From Squalus acanthias (lineage: Eukaryota), in NCBI GenBank assembly GCA_030390025.1, contig CM059432.1, forward strand, positions 134,976,001 to 135,040,000: a DNA stretch of 64,000 bases. The letters run 5' to 3'. The notes beneath the pieces are model-generated. The model worked only from the letters and a program-made list of their open reading frames with translations, searched no databases and was not told the origin of the DNA. The position numbers were made by a program, and so were the translations under genes. Every line of letters begins with the position of its first letter. Position 1 is the stretch's first letter. Below, one piece after another: positions 13,660-25,148 of this stretch.

Positions 13660-14120
13660 GCCAGAATAGTACTAGGCATGAGGGAATTGAATGATGTGGA
13701 GAGACTAGAGAAGCTGGGTTTGTTCTCCTTAGAGTAGAGAAGGTTAAGGGGAGATTTAATAGAGGTGCTCAAAATTATGAGGGGTTTTGATAGAGTAAAT
13801 AGGGAGAAACGGTTTCCACTGGCAGGAGGGTCGGTAACCAGAGGACACAGATTTAAGATCATTGGCAAAAGAGACGGGGGAGATGAGGAGAATTTTTTTT
13901 GCGCAGTGAGTTGTTATGATCTGGAATGCATTGACTGAAAGGATGGTGGAAGCGGATTTAATAGTAACTTTTAAAAGGGAATTGGATAAACACTTGAAGG
14001 GGAGAAAATCATAGCGCAATGGGGAAAGAGCAAGGGAGTGGGGTTAATTGGTAGCTCTGTCAGAGAGCCGGCACGGGCACGAATGGCCTCCTTCTGTGCT
14101 GCATTATTCTATGATTCTAT
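13660..14120 (+). mobile_element. CR1 3' fragment (second subfamily, ATTCTATG tail)
   Basis: ERLEKLGLFSLE peptide. The 3' UTR ends in attctatgattctatg. Confidence 0.85.
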
Positions 14121-15867
14121 GAAATTTCTTACAATGTTTTGGCTTACATGTAAATATCTTCCAACAGAAAAAAGGGTAAATAGAAAGCCAGTCGGAGAAA
14201 TGTACAGAGAAACTTCCCTACCAACAGAAAATAGCTTATTAATACAGTAATCAGAATATATGTAGCCTATTACTTAAAATAACCTTAACACTGAAAAAGA
14301 AAGAAAACCAGACATTTCATCTTGGATACTGACTTGCCAACGTGAAGAGCAATCATATTTTGATTGACTTCACCTTGTACACTTCCCTACCAAACAATTA
14401 AACTCTGACTGACCTGAGTTTCTAACTGCTTGACATTTAGACATTACAGTCTCAGTCTTAAAGGGATGCAACTTCATTTTAGCAGCAGGACAATACATTG
14501 TGCATTACATGGTTTAACGCTCCTTGACTTATAATCACCTGACTTGCCACGAACAATACCACAGGAGAGCCGCTAATTATAGTCACATGACTAGCTTGTG
14601 TCCATCACTCCAGACATTGCACTCCAGATGTTACTCTCCAAAGTATCACACCTTGTTACAGATGCAAAAACAATCCTTTAAAAAAAATGTAATTGAATCA
14701 GACCATAAAATTATATGCAGCTATAATTACCCTCTGGTTCACCTCAGTGACTGGTAAGCAAGCAAGGGAGAACTTGCATTTATATTGAACTTTACCACAT
14801 TCTCAGGATGCTTCAAAATGCTTCACATTCAATGAAATGTAACCATTGTTGCTACACAAGGCAATGCAACAGCCGGGTTTTTTTTATGGGCGCAACAGCC
14901 GTTTTGTACACAACAAGATCCCACAAATAGCAAATGAGATGAATCAGAGCTAATCAGGTTTTTTTTTGCGGTGTTGGTTGAGCGAGGAACGTTAGCCAGG
15001 AAAAAGTAGTTATAATTACCTGGATTTCCCACAGGGAATATTTGAGAAATAGCCTGAAAGAATCCGGCCAGGTTAACAGCTAAACATCACGCCGCAGCTT
15101 GAACCCCAGACTACTTGTTAGCACGTATGTTGTACAAATTAACTGTTGAGATGAATTACAGATGTGTCTATGAGTTGCTGATTGCTTTGGGGTTTATACG
15201 TGTACTTGGGCTTTGTATGTGTACTTGTGACCTCTCCATCAAGAAAGTGCAATAAAAAAAACACATAGATCTCCTATATTCATCATAGCCAGCCATTATT
15301 ATTCTACTCTATATATACATTTTCAGGAGCTAGAGATGTGAAATGCATCTTGTGTGCATTCCTACAAATTAAAATTATTCCAAATTTCACCGCACGGTTT
15401 ATTTTCGTTGACTTGTATAACAATAGTATAAATGAAAATATGCGGGGGTTTTGCAATAAGTAACTTGATGCCTAGAAAGCTTCACCAACAGTAAGCTTGT
15501 CTGTCAGGGACGTAATTATGACACCTGAGTAAGGTGTCAAATGCAAGGAAGCATAATTTTTTATTATCCCAGGTCTCCCACAATTCATTCAGAAAAAAAT
15601 TACAGTTCCATTTTACCACAATTCATATGCATATTCTATTAATGAAACCATGCTATAATTATTTTAATGCAGATTGCTTCAGTTAAGTGAATGTGATAAG
15701 TAAATACTTATATTAAATGAATAAAAACTTAAAACCCAGGATTTACCAAAGGCTCAGCTAGTTACCATAGTGAAAAGGTTAGCCATCCAAGCCAGGAAGG
15801 TCCCAGATTCACTCTTTGATCTGTGTTGAGTAAGCTGATATAAGCCGGGATAGCAGGAAGGGCTTTA

Positions 15868-16763
15868 GGGGTAAAAATTCACTTGGTTGCGCCACCCGTT
15901 AGCGCCTTAAGAGGGCGCTAATGGGGCGCAAAGCCGCTAACGCCCGGGCGCAGCGATGTTTGCGCCACTCGAGAACTTAACTTGAGATTGTGCGGCGGCG
16001 CTAAAACTTACCGCTGCGACCACCTGCGCGCGCAGATTGTGACGTCATTCCATGGTGCAACGCCCTTGGGGCGCCCCGTAGCGGAAATTGAGTGGCGCCC
16101 CCTGCCTTACCGCCTGGCACTTCCAACGACCAGAAGACTGGAACGCTATCAATCGCTGTGGGGCTGGGGGGGGGGGCGCTATTTAAAGGGGGCCTCTTCC
16201 TGTCTTTTATTGTTGGTGGCATTTTTGAACTACGCATTCTGAGAGAGAGAGGGAGAGACTTCTGGAGAGATTCAACGTTGTGTGAAGGAGTTTTGGGTAC
16301 TGAGCAGCACTTTGCAGGTTCATTTTGATTTGCCATTCCTTGTATCGATTTAGCAGAGACCGTGGGAGCTGCACTCTGAGCTCTTTGCCTGGTGCTCTCC
16401 ATTGTTCTTTCCAGCACATTTGATGTGCAAGTCTCTCCAGGCCGAGATTCAAGGCAGCAATGAACAGGATGTGGATGGAAAGCAAGATTAACCATCCCCT
16501 TTAAGAACTGGCCTGTGCCATTGTGTGTGTGTTCCATTGCTGACTGACATTACATGAGCTTCGCCAGCGCTCCGAGTTAGCGCCTCACTGCTCGGGCTTT
16601 GCGCCTTAAGAGAGGTGTGCAGCGCCTGCTTTAGCGCTCCACTCACCTCCCGGGGCGGTAAAAGTGAAGTTTCCCGTCAGTGCCGATAATTAGCGCCAGG
16701 CGCTAATATTTGCGTCCGGACGATATTTGCGCCCCAAATGGGGCGCGACCTAATTTCTACCCC
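15868..16763. mobile_element. PIF/Harbinger-type MITE family A, copy 2
   Basis: TIR GGGGTAAAAATT / AATTTCTACCCC, TSD TTA on both sides (canonical Harbinger TWA), colinear with 1173-2065. Confidence 0.88.
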
Positions 16764-16923
16764 TTAGTGTCCAGGGCGGGGAATCCATGTGAAGCCAGGA
16801 TCAGGCTTGGCTACAACCCCTTTTTAATGGGTCGGAATTTTCCCAGTGCCGTGCATGCGGGTTTGGAGGCGGGTCGGCAGTAAAAGTTGCAGAAAATTTA
16901 GAATCAAAGGAGCTTACTCACTA

Positions 16924-17470
16924 CAGGAAACTTTCGTTTATCCGGCACCCAAATATCCGGAATTCTCGCTTAACCGGCAAAAATCAGGAGTAGGTTCAGG
17001 TAAGTTTTACTATACAGACAAGACCCCGATTCTGACCTTTCGCCCCCACGAAAGGGGGGTCAACGTTCTTCCGACTCGGACCTGTCGCCGCCACGGTGGA
17101 AAAAGCCGGAGTCTCGTAATTCGGAATACAGGACCGGCTCGGGGAGCTCAGACCCCTCGGCAGAGGCTGCCCTCCCGTAAGCCGGCTCCCTCAGGATATA
17201 CAGTAAAGGGTGCGATGATGGTTGCGCTTGCCCCAAGCACTCTCTGCTCGGTTTCCACAAACTCTAAAAAATTGTTAAAACAATTGGAATACTGTAAAGG
17301 TTTCCTCCCATCGTGTTAGTTTACTTTCCCTCTCCGGGTCCCAATTTTTAAACCTGTGGCCGTGTACGGGGCTCTCGTACCTTGGTAAGTATACCTCTCT
17401 GTAATCCGGAACTTTCGATCAACCGGCACCACGCCGGTCCCGTCGGTGTCGGATAAACGAAAGTTTCCTG
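16924..17470. mobile_element. Tc1/mariner-superfamily (pogo/Tigger-like) non-autonomous element
   Basis: 26-bp TIR CAGGAAACTTTCGTTTATCCGGCACC / GGTGTCGGATAAACGAAAGTTTCCTG (1 mismatch) with TA on both flanks. A subterminal partial TIR copy lies at about 17409-17430. Confidence 0.88.
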
Positions 17471-18559
17471 TACCTGGTTCTCAGTCTGTGAGAATTCTGC
17501 ATGGTAATTGGCTGCTTAGACAGCAGCAGCTCACGTTAGGGATTCCCACTAAACTACAATGATTTCAACTGCACGTTGGAAAAGCCAAACTTCTCGCCAC
17601 AGCAATCGGGAGATTTTTGTGGGAAGCTTACTTCAGGGCCACTGGCGAACGCCTTTGCTTCGCCGCTGACCGCAAATTAAGGGCCAATGTGTTCTCTTTG
17701 GCTAACTGAATGATTTTGTTTACTTTTGTAAGTGGATACTTAGCTATCAGATTACACATTGTATTGTTTTTACAGTCAAATTAAGCATAGTGTTGTCCCC
17801 ATCAGACTTTTACTTTAATAATCTTCCAAACTGCTATAAACTGTAAGTAAGAAAAATAAAAAATTGTTTTACATTTTGGATAGTTCACTGTCATAGTTAA
17901 AAGGCTGAAAAATTGGAGGAGATGCCTGACTATGGGTGCGGAGGATAATGAGTTCCTCTCCCTACAGTCATCATACAACCACCGATGGGTTTGAAATAGT
18001 TTCTAACCAAAGATTTCTGGAATTCATTAGTTATTGCATAATCCACTGTGGATTCAACAGCTGAGGAATGGGATGGAAACTTGGAAGAAAAGGGAACTTG
18101 CTGAACAAAATTAACCAATCAGTCTCCATGCGTTCCTGAGGGAATGGGGTGCAGGCTGGGGGGAGGGGCGAAAGCATTTTCTACATCTTTTGTAAAGATT
18201 CAAAGTGATGTAGCTGACAGCAAATCTGAGGTGTTAAAAAAAAAATCACCCAAAGGGCAGGTTTTGAGGCAACGAAATGTGGGATATATGGAATCTCTCC
18301 AATCGGGTCGATTTTAACTTTTGAACGCCCGACCGATGGAGATCGGAGGCAGCCCGCCCGTTCTGAGAGTGAAGCGGCCGGAGCCATTTTGAGGTCTGTT
18401 TAAATAGAACATGTGAGCTGTGGGTGCCAGACATCTGGCAGCGGATTGTGATCAGCTCCGCGAAAATTCCCAAGTACAGATGGTTTTATTTCTAGAGTAG
18501 GTTAAGCCACCAAAGCACAGCACATTTTTCAATAATTCACTTAACCACCTCAACAAATT

Positions 18560-19610
18560 AGAAATCATCGAATCATAGAATGACGCAGCACAGAAGGAGT
18601 CCATTCGACCCATCGTGCCTGTGCCGGCTCTTTGAAAGAGCTCTCCAATTAGTCCCACTCCCCTGCTCTTTCCCCATAGCCCTGTAAATTTCTTCCCTCC
18701 ACTTTCCTTTTGAAAGTTACTATTGAATCTGCTTCCACCACTCTTTCCAGATCACCACAACTCGCTGCGTAATTTCTTTTTCCTCATGTCGCCTATGCCT
18801 CTTTTGCCAATCACCTTAAATCTGTGTCCTCTGGTTACTGACCCTTCTGCCACTGGAAACAGTTTCTCCTTATTTACTCTATCAAAACCGTTCATGATTT
18901 TGAGCACCTCTATCAAATCTCCTCTTAACCTTCTCTGCTCTAAGGAGAACAACCCCAGCTTCTCTAGTCTCTCCACATAACTGAAGTCTCTTGTCCCTGG
19001 TACCATTCTAGTAAATCTCTTCTGCATCCTCTCTAAGGCCTTGACATCCTTCCTAAAGAGTGGTGCCCAGAATTTAACACAATACTCTAGCTGAGGCCTA
19101 ACCAATGTTTTATAAAGGTTTAGCATAACTTCATTGCTTTTGTACTCTATGCATATTAATAAAGCCAAGGATCCCAATAAAGCCTTCTCAATATGCCCTG
19201 CCACCTTCAAAGATTTGTGTACATTTCTATCTGTTTCTGCACCCTCTTTAAAATTGTATCATTTAGTTTACATTGCCTCTCTTTTTTCTTCCTACCAAAA
19301 TGTATCACTTCACACTTCTCTGCATTAAATTTCATCTGCCATGTGTCTGCCCCTTTCACCAGTGTGTCTATGTTCTCCTGAAGTCTGTTACTATCCTGTT
19401 TATTGTTTACTACATTTCCGAGTTTCGTGTCATCTGAAAACTTTGAAATCATGCCCTGTATACCCAAGTCCAGGTCATTAATATATATCAAAAAGAGCAG
19501 TGGTCCTAATTCCAACCCCCAGGGAACACCATTGTATACTTCCCTCCAGCCTGAAAAACAACTGCTCACCACTACTCTCTGCTTTCCGTCCCTCAGCCAA
19601 TGTTGTATCC
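18560..19610 (-). mobile_element. CR1 3' fragment
   Basis: KQRVVV...GVPWGLELGPLLF, KFSDDTK and LVRPQLEYC peptides plus the CR1 3' UTR. Confidence 0.88.
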
Positions 19611-19663
19611 ACATGGTTGAGAAACATGTCTGGTAGCAGTCCTGGCAGTCCTCAGAGACTGGC

Positions 19664-20230
19664 AGGGCACCTAGCTTCATGGACATGGTTGTTGATGTCT
19701 TCATGGATGAAGTTGAGAAGAGAAAGGATATCCTCTTTCCCTCAGATGTTGAGCATGTCTCACAACATGTTAGGGAATGAGCTTTGCAGGAGGTTGTAGT
19801 GCATGTCAATGCCAGCAGGGTACAATGCAGAAAAAAAAGTCAATGATCTTACCCAATGTGCTAGGGTAGGAAAGTTCTCCCCTTCTCTCATTGTTTCAGC
19901 TCTGTAGGCATTACTCCTCCTCTTGTCGATCCCCAAACTATCAATTCCTTGTCTGCTTCCTATGGTTGCCCATTATACAGCAAGAAAAAACTTCACTTCC
20001 TTTCTGTTTTCCCTCACACTCTGAAAAGCATTCTCTCTCACAAATCCTTCTACCCACTTCCCAAGCTTGATGCTTCGACCTGCCATCATACACACTATGA
20101 TCAGCAGGCTGATACATGACAATGTCTGAAAGCTCTTTTTCCAGTAGCAATTATTTACCACTTGCACTCATTTGCAGGAGAACATTGCCCATAACAAGAG
20201 GGAGACAAGCTGTATAAGGGTAGGGACTTC
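19664..20230 (+). pseudogene. Fossil Harbinger Myb/SANT-like (trihelix) DNA-binding gene
   Basis: Reads RAPSFMDMVVDVFMDEVEKRKDILFPS...ALQEVVVHVNASRVQCRKK/NDLTQCAR. A GT..AG intron (19866-20177) is followed by ENIAHNKRETSC. This matches the Harbinger ORF2/NAIF1-like pattern and carries a stop and a frameshift. Confidence 0.65.
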
Positions 20231-21967
20231 CAAAATCTAAACTCTCATCCCTTCTGAAGCGGCTAGCCTTAAAATCTTAGGCAGAGACAACTCCTTCGAA
20301 ATCAGAGTTGGTGAAGCTTGATCTGACATTAGGGTTTGTGGACAACTTTTCCATCTCTTTTTATGCCTCGCTTCTTTACTTATGGCTTGGCTCCTCAGCT
20401 CACGAAGACTCCAACTTTGACTGACCAAGCAGTGAAAGTGATCTGACATGCCCATGCCATCCAAGCTACATCCCAATCTTTCTCTCTCTCTCTCTCTCCT
20501 CTTTCCCTTGGTCAGCCTAATGATTCAGATGTGAGGGCCGGCGAGACTGATGCAGAAAGCCCTGATCAAGGTGCACTTGGACTCAGTCTTACCCGGCTAA
20601 GGGCCAGCTCAGAAATAAACAGCCCACATGACTTGGAGAGGAGTGAATCAGATGGTGCACAGAGCACAAGTGAGCACGTACAGGCGGCAGTGGCAAAGCA
20701 GACAAATGAACGAGCTATCTGGAGGGCCAACTCACATGCCTGCTATGTCGAAGAGGACAGAGATGCAGACTTCAGGGGCCCACAGCTTACTTTGACATAC
20801 TTTTATATATCAAAGACTGATCTGCTACAGATAGTAAAATGATGCCCATTTTCAGAGAGCTACCAGAGATATTTCTGTCTTTTGGCCCAATGCCCCATGA
20901 GTACAGCCATACTACTTTTCTTCTATTGCCAGTGGGTTAACATCTTTGCTATATTCCAAGCCCATATTAATATGCATCCACTTGTTTCTTATGTATTTAA
21001 TCTGAAAAATGTTAAATGTTCAAAAAGACCAGTGTAAGTCTTTGTTACAGACATTGAAAATCTGTTCATTCAAACAGAGGTGCTAATGAGGGGCGAAAAG
21101 GAAGAACAGCTTTTCCCTGAGGTCGGGAAGAGGGAATCAATGATTTTGTTCTATTTACGCAATTTAATTGAGAAAGAATTAGGAACGGGGTGGGGAAGGT
21201 GGAAAGTGCCTTTGAGAAGGCCGTCTCTTCCAACATCAGTGGGAGGGGAGGTGGGCACCACTACAGCCAGGTTTGGTTCCCAACAACTCATAACAAAAGA
21301 AGCTAGAATTTGATGAGAAAGTGTCCCTTATCAAGTTAACAGATGTATGTATTTACAGCTGCTTGTCCAACCCACTGACAGTTTCCAGTAAGTCTGTTTC
21401 CAAAACATGATTGCAGAAGATAAGGAATGAGGAAAGGAAGTTGCTTGTTAGGTTTGGGAAAAATCCAAAGATCAGTTTTAAAAGTTAATAGGTGACATGT
21501 CACATTTTACAAATGTAGCCAGGACAGATGGATGATTCCGAGCTTATCTATTTAAAAATCAAAAATAAATCTTTTCTTCTCCCCTTTTGTGAGTTATTTA
21601 CTTCCTGGCACCTTAGATCTCTCTATAACTACACTATATACTGACTGAGAGGGCAGACAAATAATCTATTCCCAGACCTCTGCTATGTTGACTTAGCTGT
21701 CAGAAAATGTGTGAGAGCAACAAAGGGTGACTTGCTCTCTGATTTCCCTCACTCAGGGAAGGAGGAGGACATGGATAGTCTTCTTGGACTGCAGTAACAC
21801 CAACCTACCACTTGGTGCATTCTAAATGACTGGGTAGTAAATGGCCAATTAAAATATCGAGTGAGTGTGGACATCACTGTGTCAGCCAATGCGTTGGAGA
21901 CGGGGCGGGACTTATGGCAGGACTTGCAGCAAACAGTCTATTTTACAGAAAACAGTCTATTTACGCA

Positions 21968-23540
21968 GCAAACAGTGAACAGTGAGGAGGATAGTGATAA
22001 ACTTCAAGAGGACATAGATAGGCTGGTGAAATGGGCGGACATGTGGCAGATGAAATTTAACGCAGAAAAGTGCGAAGTGATATATTTTGGTAGGAAGAAC
22101 GAGGAGAGGCAATATAAACTAAAGGGTACAATCTAAAGGGGGTGCATGAACAGAGAGACTTGGGGATAAATGTGCACAAATTGTTGAAGGTGGCAGGGCA
22201 GGTTGAGAAAGCGGTTAAAAAAGCATACGGGATCCTGGGCTTCATGAATAGAGGCATAGGGCTGGATTTTCATTGACCCATGGAGGCGGGTTTGGAGGCG
22301 TGTGGGGGGTTAAAATTGCGAAAACTGGCGGGCGGGCACCTCCATCCCGCCTCCACGCAATTTTCATTTAATCGTGTCTGCTGGTCCCGACTCCGTCCCG
22401 CCTCTTAAGAGGCGGGATAGGCTGTTAAGGCCCTTAACAAGCACTAAATTGGCTCTATAATGCCATTTTGAAAGGCCTTTGTGATTTTAACCCTTTTTCT
22501 ACGTGAAGCACGCCTGTTCTGAACCACGAATGTGAAACCTGGCGGGAGACTGACTGACCGACCGACCGACCGACTGACTGACTTTTATATATATATATAT
22601 ATTTGGGAGTGGTGGTGGATGGGAGACATATCTGGGAGTGGTGGTGCAAAAATATCTGGGAGCAGACTGCTGCTCATTTTGCATCCAGGTCCTCTCACAG
22701 CAAAGGCCAGGCAGTCTCTGAAGACCTTCAATGCAGCAGCAATGATGACATCATCAGAGGTGACTTTCAGACTGAAAACACTAATTGGTTCATGGGTTCC
22801 CACATGCTGGAACTCAATTGCCCAATTAGGTGAAAATCGCATCAATCTCCCACATCCAATTGCAGTCGGGTGGATAACACGAAAAGTGGATAACACGACC
22901 CCAACCCGCCCCAGTATCAAAATCCAGCCCATAGAGTACAAAAGCAAGGAAGTTATGATGAACCTTTATAAAACACTGGTTCGGCCTCAGCTTGAGTATT
23001 GTGCCCAATTCTGGGCACCGCACTTTAGGAAGGATGTGAAGGCCTTAGAGAGGGTGCAGAAAAGATTTACGAGAATGATTCCAGGGATGAGGGACTTCAG
23101 TTACATGGATAGACTAGAGAAGCTGGGGTTGTTCTCCTTGGAGCAGAGAAGGTTGAGAGGAGATTTGATAGAGGTGTTCAAAATCATGAGGAGTCTAGAC
23201 AGAGTAGATAGAGAAACTGTTCCCATTGGCGGAAGGGTCGAGAACCAGAGGACACAGATGTAAGGTGATTGGCAAAAGAACCAAAGACGACATGAGGGAA
23301 AACTTTTTTACGCAGCGAGTGGTTATGATCTGGAATGCACTGCCTGAAAGGGTGGTGGAGGCAAATTCAGTCATGGCTATCAAAAGGGAAATGGATAAGT
23401 ACCTGAAGGCAAAAAATTTGCAGGGCTACAGGGAAAGGGCAGGGGAGTGGGACTAGCTGAAGTGCTCTTGCAGAGAGCTGGCACGGGCTCGATGGGCCGA
23501 ATGGCCTCCTACTGTGCTGTAACCATTCTATGATTCTATG
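21968..23540 (+). mobile_element. CR1 3' fragment interrupted by a MITE
   Basis: KLQEDIDRLVKWADMWQMKFN, then IEYKSKEVMMNLYKTLVRPQLEYC, and an attctatgattctatg tail. Confidence 0.9.
22259..22930. mobile_element. PIF/Harbinger-type MITE family B inserted in CR1
   Basis: Perfect 12-bp TIR GGGCTGGATTTT / AAAATCCAGCCC and TSD ATA. Removing it restores the CR1 sequence agaggcATAgagtacaaaagc (RGIEYKS). Contains (GACT/GACC)n and (AT)n. Confidence 0.9.
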
Positions 23541-24216
23541 AACAAAGTCTATATAAACAGCGCACTCCAGCAAACAGTCTATTTAATCAGCAAACAGAGT
23601 CTATTTAAAAAGAACCTCTACAAACTACAGCAAACAACTCATGACTGAAACTACAGCAAAATCTCCCGATAAAAGCAGGATTATTTCTTCAGAAAAATGC
23701 AGTGAGTGGAGGCTAGTTACATCATACAAATTAAGTGCATAAAATTAATCGCAGTCACATACAGCAGGTCTCCAGGCGTGATTGATGGGGGAATTACCCA
23801 ATCATCTCCATTCTGGCTGGGAATAGTAGTGTCACTTCAAGTATTTGAGTGACATGTTTGTTGGTGAAATGTAGCCATCACTGGTAGTGACCAGAGGGTG
23901 GGAGGTCCAGCGGAACAGTCGAGTAGGAATTAGGTAGCAATAAAGGACTTTTTTTGTGGCAGCTTTTCCTCCCTCCCCCGCCCCCCCCAAACTGCCACTT
24001 GAATTAGAACAGACAGCTGGAAGATGATCCCAACCAGGATAGGACGCAGGAGTGTTGATGTTTGGGCCGTTCAAAAAGTAAAAGAAACTCAGATTATCTC
24101 CACTGCTATTGAAAAACTGGGAAAGCAGGCAGTGGCTGGTAATCCCCTGTCCGATTTTCCTTTTCAATCTCTTCAGCAGTAACTAAAATTAATACCAACA
24201 GCAAAGCTTTTTACCT

Positions 24217-24537
24217 GGCAGCACGGTGGCATAGTGGTTAGCACTGTTGCCTCACAGCGCCAGGGACCCGGGTTCGAATCCGGCCTCGGGTGACTGTCTG
24301 TGTGGAGTTTGCACATTCTCCCCGTGTCTGCGTGGGTTTCCTCCGGGTGCTCCGGTTTCCTCCCACAGTCCAAAGATGTGCGGGTTAGGTTGATTTGGCT
24401 ATGATAAATTGACCCTTAGTGGTAGGGGGGATTAAATACGTGGGGTTACGGGGATAGGGTGGGATATGTGTCGGTGCAGGCTCGATGGGCCGAAATGGCC
24501 TCTATCTGCACTGTGGGGATTCTGTGATTCGGTGATT
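24217..24537 (+). mobile_element. HE1-like V-SINE
   Basis: tRNA head (tggcatagtggttag, ggttcgaatcc), V domain gtgtggagtttgcacattctccccgtgtctgcgtgggtttcctccgggtgctccggtttcctccca and a CR1/HER1-like tail. Confidence 0.9.
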
Positions 24538-24604
24538 GAGTTGGCACGACGTAAAGATACATTAAAAATTGGCAGTGCAGTTACCAGCAAGAGGAATATA
24601 CAAG

Positions 24605-25148
24605 CAACAGAAAACGCTGGAAAAACTCAGCAGGCCAGGCAGCATCCGTAGAGAGAGAAAGAGAGTTGACGTTTCAGGTCGATGACCTTTCATCAGAACT
24701 GGGAAGAGCTGGAAATCAAATAGATTTAAGGCCAGGGTAAAGCTGGGAAAAGGGGGAGGGGATAAAGGAACAAAGGAGGAGATGAAGAGACATTAAGAGA
24801 CATTAAGAGATATGCAAGGCTAGAGGTGGTGTTAATGTGACAGATTAAGGCTGAATGAAGTGTGAAATCCACTGGCAGAATGAAGGACAGCTGCCAGCTT
24901 CTAGGAGGAAAAAAAAGGTGGGGGGGACAAATAAAAGGGTGGATAAAATAAAATATAAATGTGATTGGAGCTGAGGTTATGATCTAAAATTGTTGAACTC
25001 GATATTGAGTCCAGAGGGCTGTAGCGTGCCTAAACGAAAGATGAGGTGCTGTTCCTCGAGCTTACGCTGAGCTTCCGTGGAACAGTGTAATAGGCCGAGG
25101 ACGGTGAGGTCAGAGTGGGAGTGAAGCGGTGAATTAAAGTGACAGGCC
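24605..25148 (-). repeat. 3' pseudo-LTR of the PLE
   Basis: Matches 27804-28347 with no difference seen by eye. Confidence 0.93.
24664..24700 (-). ncRNA. Minimal type I hammerhead ribozyme (3' pLTR)
   Basis: AGUU-CUGAUGA-A-AGGUC-AUC-GACCU-GAAAC-GUC-AACU: stem I AGUU/AACU, intact core, stem II AGGUC/GACCU, loopless stem III and a GUC cleavage triplet. Confidence 0.88.

Noticed and set aside
22532..23263. 243-aa chimeric ORF
   Set aside because: It is a fortuitous read-through from the MITE interior into CR1 ORF2.
24217..24290. tRNA gene
   Set aside because: The A/B boxes belong to the HE1 SINE head and are followed by the V domain, not a tRNA 3' end.
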